Below are positions 1-12,494 of a stretch of DNA of 64,000 nucleotides, piece after piece. Numbering within the stretch: position 1 is the stretch's first letter; each line of letters opens with the position of its first letter. Position numbers and translations under genes: made by a program. Source of the stretch: Octopus vulgaris (taxonomy: Eukaryota); the NCBI GenBank assembly GCA_951406725.2, contig OX597843.1, forward strand, positions 15,872,001 to 15,936,000, written 5' to 3'. The notes under the pieces are model-generated. The model worked only from the letters and a program-made list of their open reading frames with translations, made no database searches and was not told the origin of the DNA.

Positions 1-187
1 GTGTTTCTTTCAATTACTTTAAATATAACAAAGAATTTAGTAAAATAACTTAGTTATCATTTAGCTAGTGTTAGGAACATAAATTGTGACTAAGGTTTCG
101 TGGAAGATTTTTATTCAAAACTTATGAAAACAAGACATTTGTACTACAGAGCCAGGGGCAGTTTGAGCCGAGTTGGTATCAAAAGGG
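1..187. mobile_element. piggyBac-like TTAA MITE (partial, at window edge)
   Basis: Matches the right part of 2886-3106 and ends AAAGGG-TTAA. Confidence 0.75.
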
Positions 188-311
188 TTAAAAATATTAT
201 GGTGACATTAAGGCAACCCATTGAATGTGGAGAATGCATGGGATAAACAGGGACCACCTCATGCTGACCCTACAAGCGGAACAACAATTCAAGTTGATAT
301 TAGAGTCACCC

Positions 312-738
312 TCAAGTATAAGCTGCACCCAGGTATAAGTTGCATTTGAGTATAAGCCACACTTGAGTATAATTTGTCACTGGAGTACAATTTGCACCTG
401 AGTATAAGTCACACTGGAGTATAAGTCTCACTGAAGTATGTCTCACTGGAGTATAAGTCGCTCTGGAGTATAAGTCACACTGGAGTATAAGTCGCTCTGG
501 AGTATAAGTCACACTGGAGTATAAGTCGCTCTGGAGTATGTTGCTCTGGAGTATAAGTCACACTGGAGTATAAGTCGCTCTGGAGTATAAGTCACACTGG
601 AGTATAAGTCGCTCTGGAGTATAAGTAACACTGGAGTATAAGTCGCTCTGGAGTATAAGTCACACTGGAGTATAAGTCGCTCTGGAGTATAAGTCACACT
701 GGAGTATAAGTCACACTGGAATATAAGTCGCTCTGGAG
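312..738. repeat. 17-bp minisatellite (GGAGTATAAGTCACACT alternating with GGAGTATAAGTCGCTCT), ~25 units
   Basis: Directly visible; degenerate units at the left end. Confidence 0.95.
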
Positions 739-1549
739 TTTAAAAGTGTTTAATTACGTGGAAATTATTTTAAAAAACTGCCGTTCAAACCGAAAAGATC
801 TTAAACCTAATCTGTTTCTTAAATGAGGGACATATTCATACGGCACAGAATGTGTTTTTTTTACCTCAATAGAGGTCATTGATTGGTTGAAATTGCAGAA
901 ATTGAAGAAAAAAACCCAGCAAATATCTTACAAACTATAGAATTTTCTCAATAAAGCCAAGAGAAAAAGATGTTTTTATAAACACATTCTACCAGTATAC
1001 GAAGTTCAAAAGTGTTTAGTTATGTGGAAATTATTTTAAAAAACTGCCGTTCAAACCGAAAAGATCCCATTGTTAGGTTTGTGTGTGTGAGTGCGTATTA
1101 TTAATTCATTCATGTCTCTTCTGATTTTGTGTACATATACACACATAAATATGTGTGTGTGTACACGTGCACCCTTCTGTTTTGCGTGTCCTAGACATTC
1201 AAAAACCGTTGCAAGATAAATGGCTCTCAATTTCACGCTACAAATATGCATTTACACATATATTTGTGAGTAAATTGCATATTTGCGTGCAATCGTGGTC
1301 TTTTTTCCCTCTCAAAAATGCTTTTCAACAATGCAGGAATGACACGTGTTAAACTTGGTGTAAATATTTAAGGTTAATTCAAGAAATTCCCACAGCCGTG
1401 GTTGATCTTCACACAAAGGAAAAAAAAAAACCATACAAAGAAACGATTTTCATTTGCATAAAGAAAAAAAAAACAAAACAATGTCACTAGAAACGTTGAG
1501 TCGCTAATACTACTTAAGATGTTGTTATTCCTATTGTTGGAGTAGAAGT

Positions 1550-1712
1550 AGTTGTTGTTGTTTTTGGTGGTGGTGGTGGTGGTGGTTGTGGTGGTGGTTG
1601 TGGTGGTCATACTTTGAGATAAACAATACTACCACTGATGGCGGTGTTTTATTCAGAACTACTACTACTACTACTACTTGTTCTTCTTCTTTCTTTCCTT
1701 CTTTCTTTACCT

Positions 1713-1745
<33 letters not shown>

Positions 1746-1826
1746 TTCTTCTTTCTTTCTTTCCCCTTCTCCTTCTCCTTCTTTCTTCTCCTTCTCCTTC
1801 TCCTCCTCCTCCCCCTTCCTCTTCTT
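1550..1826. repeat. Compound (GTT)(GGT)(CTA)(TTTC)(TTC)(CCT) microsatellite; paralogues at 4580-4880 and 14800-15186
   Basis: Directly visible, with length variation between copies. Confidence 0.95.
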
Positions 1827-2299
1827 GAGTGGGAGACCAGCGCATGCCGTCAAAGTTATGGTCGTTGTCACATGTATGACCAGGTGAGCCGACCGACCGA
1901 CCGACGGCCAAGTTCCAACGTGAAGATCACTCGACTGTATTTCTCTTGGAAAGGAAGGGCAGACACGTTTTCTGACACTGGTTTTCTGGCAATAATAAAA
2001 GAAAGCATAATGCGGACACATTTGTGAGGACTGCCGACGGGGCTTCCCCACCCCCCTCTCTGCCTCTCAGTAACGTTGCCAGGTGCTCCCCAAAGGGAGG
2101 ATTTCTGTCTTGTATATTTGTAAAAAGTTGGGTGAATATAGTGAGTATGGCCGAGGTTAATTTAGTCTGGTCTGAATATGGGATTGTAGGACAGAGATAA
2201 GGGCAAAGGGAAGACCCTTGCTATTGACAGTCTAAGTTATCTGAGATATCTGTAGGGGTCCCTTTTGGGGCCTATGGTAGATGTCCTCCTTAGAGTGAC

Positions 2300-2717
2300 T
2301 CTCTTTACTCTTTACTCTTTTACTTGTTTCAGTCATTTGACTGCGGCCATGCTGGAGCACCACCTTTAGTCGAGCAACTCGACCCCGGGACTTATTCTTT
2401 TGTAAGCCTAGTACTTATTCTATCGTTCTCTTTTGCCGAACCGCTAGGTAACGGGGACATAAAAACACACCAGCATCGGTTGTTACGCAATGCTAGGGGG
2501 ACAAACACAGACACGCAAACACACACACACGCATATATATATATACATATATATGACGGGCTCCTTTCAGTTTCCGTCTACCAAATCCACTCACAAGGCT
2601 TTGGTCGGCCCGAGGCTATAGTAGAAGACACTTGCCCAAGGTGCCATGCAGTGAGACTGAACCCGGAACCATGTGGTTGGTAAACAAGCTACTTACCACA
2701 CAGCCACTCCTGCGCCT
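2300..2717 (-). mobile_element. tRNA-derived SINE, family 1 (~400 bp)
   Basis: On its sense strand: A-box-like TGGCTGTGTGG, B-box-like GGTTCAGTCC, internal (TA)/(TG) tract and (GTAAAAGA)n tail. More than 15 full or partial copies in the window. Confidence 0.9.
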
Positions 2718-2885
2718 GTTAATATTTATGTTGCAAATACCAGATTAATGATGGCAGTTACTTTGATTGATTCTTCATCCTTTTCAAAAATTAATTGAAA
2801 CAAAAGCAGAATGTTTCAACAGGAATATGGTAAGGAAACGGTTAACAAATGTTGAGCAAGACAAGTGACATGGAAATGCTATTAA

Positions 2886-3350
2886 CCCTTTCATTACTGT
2901 ATTTCTGTTGAGATGCTCTGTGTTTCTTTCAATTACTTTAGATATAACAAAGAATTTAGTAAAATAACTTAGTTATCATTCAGCAAGTGTTAGGAATATA
3001 AATTGTGACTAAGGTTTGGTGGAAGATTTTAATTCAAAACTTATGAAAACAAGACATTTGTACTACAGAGCCAGGGGCAGTTTGAGCCGAGTTGGTATTA
3101 AAAGGGTTAAAAATATTATGGTGACATTAACCCTTTCGTTACTGTATTTCTGTTGAGATGCTCCGTGTTTCTTTCAATTACTTTAAATATAACAAAGAAT
3201 TTAGTAAAATAACTTAGTTATCATTAAGCTAGTGTTGGGAACATAAATTGTGACTAAGATTTGGTGGAAGATTTTAATTCAAAACTTATGAAAACAAGAC
3301 ATTTGTACTCAGAGCCAGAGCCGGTTTCAGCCGGGTTGGTAACGAAAGGG
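2886..3350. mobile_element. Two adjacent ~220-bp piggyBac-like MITEs (2886-3106, 3131-3350)
   Basis: Each runs from TTAA-CCCTTT to AAAGGG-TTAA. The second has TIRs CCCTTTCGTTAC / GTAACGAAAGGG. Confidence 0.85.
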
Positions 3351-3455
3351 TTAAGGGAACCCATTGAATGTGGAGAATGCATGGGATAAACAGGGACCAC
3401 CTCATGCTGACCCTACAAGCGGAACAACAATTCAAGTTGATATTAGAGTCACCCT

Positions 3456-3764
3456 CAAGTATAAGCTGCACCCAGGTATAAGTTGCATTTGAGTATAAGC
3501 CACACTTGAGTATAATTTGTCACTGGAGTACAATTTGCACCTGAGTATAAGTCACACTGGAGTATAAGTCGCTCTGGAGTATAAGTCACACTGGAGTATA
3601 AGTCTCACTGAAGTATGTCTCACTGGAGTATAAGTCGCTCTGGAGTATAAGTCACACTGGAGTATAAGTCGCTCTGGAGTATAAGTCACACTGGAGTATA
3701 AGTCGCTCTGGAGTATAAGTCACACTGGAGTATAAGTCACACTGGAATATAAGTCGCTCTGGAG
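3456..3764. repeat. 17-bp minisatellite, ~18 units
   Basis: Paralogue of 312-738. Confidence 0.95.
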
Positions 3765-6339
3765 TTTAAAAGTGTTTAATTACGTGGAAATTATTTTAAA
3801 AAACTGCCGTTCAAACCGAAAAGATCTTAAACCTAATCTGTTTCTTAAATGAGGGACATATTCATACGGCACAGAATGTGTTTTTTTTACCTCAATAGAG
3901 GTCATTGATTGGTTGAAATTGCAGAAATTGAAGAAAAAAAAACAACAAATATCTTACAAATTATAGAATTTTCTCAATAAAGCCAAGAGAAAAAGATGTT
4001 TTATAAAACACATTCTACCAGTATACGAAGTTTAAAAGTGTTTAGTTATGTGGAAATTATTTTTAAAAAACTGCCGTTCAAACCGAAAAGATCCCATTGT
4101 TAGGTTTGTGTGTGTGAGTGCGTATTATTAATTCATTCATGTCTCTTCTGATTTTGTGTACATATACACACATAAATATGTGTGTGTGTACACGTGCACC
4201 CTTCTGTTTTGTGTGCCCTAGACATTCAAAAAACCGTTGCAAGATAAATGGCTCTCAATTTCACGCTACAAATATGCGTTTACACATATATTTGTGAGTA
4301 AATTGCATATTTGCGTGCAATCGTGGTCTTTTTTCCCTCTCAAAAAATGCTTTTCAACAATGCAGGAATGACACGTGTTAAACTTGGTGTAAATATTTAA
4401 GGTTAATTCAAGAAATTCCCACAGCCGTGGTTGATCTTCACACAAAGGAAAAAAAAAAAACCATACAAAGAAACGATTTTCATTTGCATAAAGAAAAAAA
4501 AAACCAAAAAATAATGTCACTAGAAACGTTGAGTCGCTAATACTACTTAAGATGTTGTTATTCCTATTGTTGGAGTAGAAGTAGTTGTTGTTGTTTTTGG
4601 TGGTGGTGGTGGTGGTGGTGGTGGTGGTGGTGGTGGTGGTTGTGGTGGTCATACTTTGAGGTAAACAATACTACCACTGATGGCGGTGTTTTATTCAGAA
4701 CTACTACTACTACTACTACTTGTTCTTCTTCTTTCTTTCCTTCTTTCTTTCTTTCTTTCCTTCTTTCTTACCTTCTTTCTTTCTTTCTTTCTTTCTTTCT
4801 TCTTCTTTCTTTCTTTCCCTCATCTCCTTCTCCTTCTTTCTCAGCTTCTCCTTCTCCTCCTCCTCCCCTTCCTCTTCTTGAGTGGGAGACCAGCGCATGC
4901 TGTCAAAGTTAGTGGTCGTTGTCACATGTATGACCAGGTGAGCCGACCGACCGACCGACGGCCAAGTTCCAACGTGAAGATCTTACTCGACTGTATTTCT
5001 TTGGAAAGGGAAGGGCAGACACGTCGGGACACTGGTTTTCTTGGCAATAATAAAAGAAAGTGAGCATATGCGGACACATTTGTGAGGACTGCCGAGCAGA
5101 CCCACCCCCCTCTCTGCCTCTCAGTAACGTTGCCAGGTGCTCCCCAAAGAGGATTTCCGTCTTGTATATTTGTTAAAAGTTGGGTAAATGTAATGAGTAT
5201 GACGAGGTTAATTTAGTCTGGTCTGAATATGGGATTTGTAGTGAGGACAGAGATAAGGGCAAAGGGAAGACCCTTGCTATTGACAGTCTAAGTTATCTGA
5301 GATATCTGTAGGGGTCCCTTTTGGGGCCTATGGTAGATGTCCTCCAGAGTGACTCTCTTACTCTTACTCTTTAATTTGTTTCAGTCATTTGACAGGCGGC
5401 TTTGGCATGTGGAGCACTGCCTTTAGCCTGACTAACCCCACCCCCGGGACTTATTCTTTGCAAGCGTACTTATTCGTTCTCTTTTGCCGAACCGCTGCAC
5501 GGTAAGGTCGGGGGACATAAACACACCAGCATCGGTTGTTACGCAATGCTAGGGGAGACAAACACAGACACACAAACACTATATATTTTCTTATCTTCTT
5601 TTATATACCATTTCACTGGTTGCATTTTGTAGCCTGTGGCCATACTGAGCAGCTCCTTCAAAAGCTTTTTGTTTGATCGTATCAAGCCCAGCACCTTTTT
5701 TTTTTATCCAGTTGAGGCTGTATTGCTAGGAAGCTTGCTTACCAACCACATGGGTTCCGGGTTCAGTTCCAAATGCACAGCACCTTAAGTGTCTTCTACT
5801 ATATCCCAGTGCCAACCAAAAGCCTTGTGAATAGACTTAATATATGGAAACTGAAAGAAGCCTGCCACATGTGTATCTTTGTGCACCCTTGTTTACACAT
5901 ATCTGGAGGTCCATGGCTTAGTGGTTAGGGGTGTTGGACTCATGTTCATATGATTGTGGTTTCAACTCCTTGGGCTGGGCTAGGCATTATCTTCTACTTG
6001 AGCAAAAACTCTTCATTTCCATTGCTTCAGTCTATTCAGCTGGATGAGTATTCCTGTGACGGACCAGCATCCTATCCAGTGAGGAGCATAGAGCAGAGAT
6101 GATGAATCAGGAAACTGGCCCTCTGAATCTACATCACTTGCGAATGAGTTTCTCTAGACATCATGTGATGGTTGTAAACAAGCATCTCTGTCATATAAGC
6201 GGGGTACTGTGTCTTGTCTGGCCACGCAAATATTTCCGTATTTGGAAAAGAGGGGAAGGCTTGGTACAGGCGGGGAAACATCTGGCTTCAATTTAAATCT
6301 TCAATGATATCTAATATTACTCCTGCAAGATAAAACATA

Positions 6340-6785
6340 GGTGCAGGAGTGGCTGTGTGGTAAGTAACTCAAGCCAAGCTACACATGGTTCCAGGTTCAG
6401 TCCCACTGCATGGCACCTCTTGGCAAGTGTCTCTCTACTATAGCCTCCAGGCCAAGCCTTGTGAAGGACGATTTGGTAGACGGAACTGAAAGAAACCTGT
6501 CGTTATATATATGTGTGTGTGTATATATATACATGTGATATGTATATGTATATATGTGTACTGTATGTATGTGTGTGTGTGTTTGTGTGTCTGTGTTTGT
6601 CCCCCTAGCATTGCTTGACAACCGATGCTGGTGTGTTTATGTCCCCGTCACTTAGCGGTTCGGCAAAAGAGACCGATAGAATAAGTACTGGGCTTACAAA
6701 GAAGTATAAGTCCACGGTTCAAGTTGCCTCGGACAAAGTATGTGCTCCAGCACGGCTCGCAGTCAAATGACTGAAATAAGTAAAA
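6340..6785 (+). mobile_element. SINE family 1 (chimeric copy at inversion junction)
   Basis: Head matches the 16631 copy; tail matches the 19930 copy. Confidence 0.85.
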
Positions 6786-7095
6786 TGATAAAAGATATCA
6801 TTATCATCTCGTCATCATCATCATCATCATCATCACTTAACATCCATTGTCCATGCTTGCATGGGTTTGACGGTTTGACCAGATGGCAAGCTGAGTGAGT
6901 GGCTGCACCAGATTCCAGTCTGATATTGCATGGTTCCTGTACAGTCTCACCTGTACCAATTGTCAAGTTTCTTGGGGGCAGTGTGAGTTACAGACAATGC
7001 CAATTCTATTTTGTGATAAATATTTAATATCATTTGTGAAACAACTATTAAATTCTAATTTTGCACTTAAAGGCTTAATAAGTTTTGATAAAAAG

Positions 7096-7260
7096 GCGTA
7101 GGAGTGGCTGTGTGGTAAGTAGCTTGCTTACCAACCACATGGTTCCGGGTTCAGTCCCCACTGCATGGCACCTTGGGCAAGTGTCTTCTGCTATAGCCTC
7201 GGGCTGACCAATGCTTTGTGAGTGGATTTGGTAGACGGAAACTGAAAGAAGCCTGTCGGA

Positions 7261-7307
<47 letters not shown>

Positions 7308-7519
7308 ATATGTTTGTGCATCTGCAACGTTTGTCCCCTTAACATTGCTTGACAACCGATGCTGGTGTGTTTACGTCCCCATAACTTAGCGGTTCGGCAA
7401 AAGAGATCGATAGAATAAGTAGTAGGCTTGCAAAGAATAAGTCCTGGGGTTGATTTGCTCAACTAAAGGTGGTGCTCCAGCATGGCCACAGTCAAATGAC
7501 TGAAACACGTAAAAGAGTA
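7096..7519 (+). mobile_element. SINE family 1
   Basis: Full head-to-tail match; inverted duplicate of 19228-19645. Confidence 0.9.
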
Positions 7520-7737
7520 TATATGAGATGCAATTTATTTTTTTCCTTGCAAAACTAAAACCCTTTGGACAAATCCCTTTGGATGAGATGTAATGCTATC
7601 AGCTTCTACAACTCCACATAGAATTCACTCGGGACATGCTGGTCTGCTCATGCAAACAATTGACCCAGACTTCAAGAAAAACCTCGTCGCTGGTGACAAG
7701 ACAGGGGTTCATAGTCTCTCCTCAATATGTTCAGTTA

Positions 7738-8362
7738 TGACCTTACGAACTTTAGGCCTCACTGAGGAAATGACCAGCGACCGAGACCTTTGGAAATATG
7801 CTGTACGTAGAAGACCAGGCAGGACAAGTGAGTCCAGCCCACTTGCATGCCTTCCCTTTTGGACACACGAAGACCAGTTGAGGCAAGCGAAGTTGAAATC
7901 GAACTCATCCGACGACAGGCACCCACAACCCCTTCTCTGCTTGCGAAGACCTGTTGGGGCAAGTGAAATCGAAATCGAAATCGGAATCGAAATTGAACCA
8001 ATCCTATGACTGGCACTTAGCAGATGCCAGGACCCCTGGACTGGTGGTACGAAAGCACTATCTGAATTGTGGGCCGATGCTCACCACCCCGACTGGCTAC
8101 CGTTCCGGTGACACATAAAATGCACCAATCCGACCGTGGCTTGCCAGCCTCGCCTGGCACCTGTGCAGGTGGCACGTAAAAAGCACCCACTACACTCATG
8201 GAGTGGTTGGAAGCATAGGGAGAGGGCATCCAGCTGTAGAAACACTGCCAGATAAGACTGGAGCCTGGTGCAGCCTCCTGGCTTCCCTGATCCCCTCGGT
8301 CGACCGTCCAACCCATGCCAGCATGGAGAACGGACGTTAAACGATGATGATGATAATGATGA
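7738..8362 (+). mobile_element. RTE LINE 3' end with full 3' UTR and (GAT)n tail
   Basis: Encodes LRTLGLTEEMTSDRDLWKYAVR, matching the end of the long copies. UTR has GAAATC repeats and ends CCCATGCCAGCATGGAGAACGGACGTTAAACGATGATGAT. Confidence 0.8.
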
Positions 8363-8634
8363 TCTTGCGTGAAAAAAATCTGATGAGAGCATCCTTCATG
8401 TTTGTACTCTAGGCATAAACAGCCAGGAACTGAAGTGGCTCTATTGGTATGAAAGTCTTGTAGTGATGCTGTGTGTAATTCAGCGCACATGCACAGAATG
8501 GGATTACTTCCGGTTGGCCACCGGAAGTCTTCCCCCATGCGCATGTGCGGGAAACTGACCCCAAAACGCGGCTCGCTCACTCATCCTTTCTGGCTCTGCA
8601 GCACCCGTGAACGGACGTGTATTGGCAGTCTCTC

Positions 8635-9201
8635 TGAGGACCTTCATCATCATCATTCATCATTTGTTCGACCGTGGTCGAGACAATGGAATTTACTATG
8701 TTACGCCAGACTTCACGGTCCATCATAGCATTACAGAGGTCCTGTTGCTGGATGCCTGTATCCCTGGAGATTACATCAGGGTAGGAGAGTGTGCGCCCTC
8801 TGGTACTGCGAGTAGATGGCTTCCAGAGGAGAAGAGTAGAAATTACCTCGTATTTCAGCTTGCACAACAATGTCCAGCAAACTGAACTCTCCTACCTTTC
8901 ACAAGAGATGACACAGGTGGTAGTTTCCCATATATTTGCATTTTGGTTGGATGGCGCTTCCAAAAGAGATTTTGAGCTCTCATAAGGAGGGCGAGTGTAA
9001 GTTCCATCCAACCGCCTCTCAAGCTTCTTTGATAACGTCCAGGTTTCTGAGCCATATAAGTAGAATTGTGTTCGACTGTGGCTTTGAATATTTCAAGTTT
9101 GAAGTCTCTACTTAGATTTGATGACCAGATCTTATGCATGTCATTACAGGCTGACCAGGCCATACCCTTTCTAGTTAGAAAGTCTTTTCCAGAGGACTTC
9201 A
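8635..9201 (-). mobile_element. Inverted duplicate of the 17542-18100 LINE fragment
   Basis: ORFs 8855-9223 (-) and 8577-8870 (-) match 17521-18077 (+). Confidence 0.8.
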
Positions 9202-9638
9202 TACCAACCAAGCAGCGAACCACGATGAATCATTTCGACTAACAAACAAGAAAGCGAGTAATCAGTACTGCAGATTGGCTGTCGGTTTCCCTCCAGAGAA
9301 CACGTACACCAGTTCTACATTACGACGAGAAATAAACAACCATTTTGCTGTGTTCGTAGATCGCCCGACTTGTCTGTTATTCTACCTAAATTGAATGTGA
9401 CGGGATCAGATCGGACACCCCTCCAGTGATACCGAAACTGATCCTGTTACAATCTTCCATGCATGCGCAGGAAGGGGATGGCACCACTTCCCACCCAAGG
9501 GATACTTTTTAACACACCTCATACATTATCATGCTCGCATGCTAAATAATATTGTTTTTAAATTGTGGCACAAAGCTTCAGCAATTTTGGAGCAAAGTCA
9601 ATCTACATCGAGTATACATCGACCACCCATGGTACAAA

Positions 9639-12050
9639 TGCAAGGCAAAGGGAGAGATGGCTGCTTATAAATGCCAAAACCTTCCCAGGTGAAGAATGTA
9701 CCCCACAACATAGACTGGTAGTTAGTGACTTTAGGATCAGGACTAAGAGGATGACCAGAAGACGACCAACATGGAGAAGAAGGATCTGGAAGCTTAAAGA
9801 TCCTGCGAATGGACAGAGATTTAGGGACATATTACTTGAAGCCTTTGACGAAGTAGAAGGGGATAGAGCATCACATGGGGTAGAAGACATCTGGACGTTT
9901 CTAAGGGACAACCTACTGAAAGCCACTGACCAGATCTGTGGCTGGTGCAAAGTCCCCTCTCAACCCAAAATAACATGGTGGTGGAACAATGTTGTAGACA
10001 GGGCTATTAGAGAAAAGAGACAGGCCTGGAAGGACTGGAAGAAGGTGTAGCAGGGAATTGTATCAGACTGCCAAAAGGGAAGCTAGGAGACAGGTTTATT
10101 TAGCCAGAGGGGAAGCAGATAAGAAAACATTTGTCAATGTTCTGCGCAGTGAGGACCAAAGACTTGAGGTGTTTCGTGTTGCAAGACAGTGTGTGAGAGA
10201 GAATCGTGATGTGGTAGGAGAGAAGTGTGTTCGCATGGAAGATGGTTCACTTGCGCTAAATGAGGATGCAAAGAGAGAGGTTTGGAGACGTCACTATGAA
10301 AGGTTGCTGAATAAAGAAAATGAATGGGATAAAGAGAGTCTGCTGAATGTCGACCCAACAGAGGGACCAGCTATCCGAGTTGACAGTTCCTTGGTAGTTA
10401 AGGCAATTAGAAGCATGAAGACAGGGAAAGCCTCAGGCACATCAGGAATCACTGCAGAGATGTTCAAAATATCTGGTAGTGTCGGCTATAGCCTAGTCAC
10501 CCGTATAGTTAATCAGGTGATACACGAAGGAGTCATACCCACGACTGGTGTAGCAGCATACTAGTCAACTGCTACAAAGGTAAAGGAGACACCCTTGATA
10601 CAAATAATTACAGAGGTATCAAGCTGTTGGATCAGGTAATGAAGGTTACGGAGAGGGTCATAGCCCAACTAATTAGAGAGAGTTAGTTTAGATGAGATGC
10701 AGTTTGGGTTTGTGCCAGGGAAAAGTACCACTGATGCTATATTCCTGGTAAGGCAGCTGCAGGAGAAATACCTAGCCAAAGATAAGCCCCTCTACCTGGC
10801 TTTTGTTGACATAGAGAAAGCCTTCGACAGGGTCCCCCGATCCCTTATCTGGTGGTCAATGAGGAAACTAGGGATATATGAATGGTTAGTGAGAGCTGCG
10901 CGAGCCATGTACAGGGACGCCGCTAGTAAGGTGAGGGTTGGCAATGAGTACAGTGAAGAATTCCGAGTAGAGGTAGGGGTCCACCAAGGCTCAGTCGTCA
11001 GCCCCCTCCTATTTATCATAGTCCTCCAGGCAATAACGGAGGAATTCAAGACAGGATGTCCCTGGGAGCTCCTCTATGCTGATGACCTTGCTCTAATTGC
11101 TGAGTCACTATCAGAACTGGAGGAGAAATTTCAGGTGTGGAAGCAAGGATTAGAATCGAAGGGCGTTAGAGTCAATCTAGCTAAAACCAAAGTCCTAATA
11201 AGTAGGAAGGTAGACAAATCACAAACGTCTTCAGGTAGATGGCCCTGCTCGATCTGTAGAAACGGTGTAGGTAGAAACTCTATAAGATGTACCAAGTGTA
11301 AGCTATGGACACATAAGAGGTGCAGCAATGTTAAAGGAAGGCTAACTGGGAAGATAGTTTTTGTATGTGGCAGATGCTCAGGAGCAATAAACACTGAAAA
11401 TGCTCTGAGACCAACTTCTGCCACATTCCAGGGAGAAAAACTAGAAATAGTTGATAGCTTCCGTTACCTAGGTGACCAAGTCAGTAGCGGGGGCAGGTGT
11501 GCTGAAAGTGTAACTGCTAGAGTAAGAATAGCTTGGGCAAAGTTCAGAGAGCTCTTACCTCTGCTGGTGACAAAAGGCCTCTCGCTCAGAGTAAAAGGCA
11601 GACTGTATGATGCGTGTGTACGAACAGCCATGCTACATGGCAGTGAAACATGGGCCGTGACTGCTGAGGATATGCGTAAGCTTGCAAGAAATGAAGCCAG
11701 TAAGCTCCGATGGATGTGTAATGTCAGTGTTCACACTCGACAGAGTGTAAGTACCTTGGGAGAAAAGCTGGACCTAAGAAGCATCAGTTGTGGTGTGCAA
11801 GAGAGACGTCTGCGCTGGTATGGTCATGTGGTGAGAATGGATGAAGATAGTTGTGTGCAAAAGTGCTACACTCTAGCAATTGAGGGAACCTGTGGAATAG
11901 GTAGACCCAGGAAGACCTGAGATGAAGTGGTGAAGCACGACCTTCGGACGTTAGGTCTCACTGAGGAAATGACTAGAGACTGAGACCTATGGAAGTATGC
12001 TGTGCGTGAGAAGACCTGGCAGGACAAGTGAGACCATAACCCGTGGCCTA
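9639..12050 (+). mobile_element. Third, further 5'-truncated copy of the same RTE LINE, frameshifted
   Basis: ORF pieces 9565-10050, 10058-10564 and 10697-11920 match the 930-aa protein from ARQRERWLL onward. Same terminal TGA and same downstream flank. Confidence 0.95.
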
Positions 12051-12494
12051 CACCTGGTATGTAAAGCTCGACAAAATGCTGTTAAGCATTTAGTTCAGTA
12101 TACTGGTGATTCTGCCGAAAGTAGTATTTAGTGTCCTAACAAAACATCCATTTTTAATTTGGATATAACGATTACCGTTTGGCACTAATACTACTGTTGT
12201 TCCTCATAATTAAAGGGAGGCTGGCATATCTGGATCATTAAACCTATTGGTCATGTTGTGACAGTAGTTTAAATCGACTGCCTGTCACCATGGAGACAAG
12301 CAGTGAGAAAACATTTTCAATAAATTTGGAAACGTGTTTGACATATGTCAAAGTAACTAAAAACCTACAAAACACGTGCCACAATATAGGCCAATACATT
12401 GCATGAATATCTGAGGCAATTACAATGGAATGACAAAAACGAACAGAATATATGTATGTGTGTATGAATGTATCTATCTATCTATCTATCTCTT

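Larger units (their letters stand above)
2480..6340 (+). repeat. Direct segmental duplication of ~12770-16630; a further partial copy at 1-2480
   Basis: Collinear near-identity including the MITE pair, the 17-bp array, the compound microsatellite and unique sequence. Confidence 0.95.
6600..9635 (-). repeat. Inverted segmental duplication of ~17115-20130
   Basis: Reverse-complement match throughout; for example ORF 7151-7462 (-) matches 19284-19550 (+). Confidence 0.95.

Noticed and set aside
312-738. Short ORFs and CRISPR-like periodicity in the 17-bp arrays
   Set aside because: Contiguous tandem units without spacers; the ORFs are translations of the repeat.
1906-1960. Conserved core of the multi-copy element as a pre-miRNA hairpin
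   Set aside because: The TTCCAA/TTGGAA pairing in lineage A is not preserved in the copies at 20537 and 35713; only a tiny GTGA-AGA-TCAC stem is shared.
1374-2051. Poly-T/H/E/K/F ORFs, repeated at 4266-5063 and 14662-15416
   Set aside because: Compound microsatellite open in several frames on both strands, and the frames are not conserved among the three paralogues.
2324-2683. Recurrent 60-120-aa ORFs such as MSSNARGTNTDTQ... and ...EDTCPRCHAVGLNPEPCGW
   Set aside because: Antisense translations of SINE family 1, not a gene family.
7096-7170. tRNA-like sequences with A/B boxes (also at 38919, ~59880-59950 and other SINE heads)
   Set aside because: They are SINE 5' heads continuing into SINE bodies; I could not fold a complete cloverleaf.
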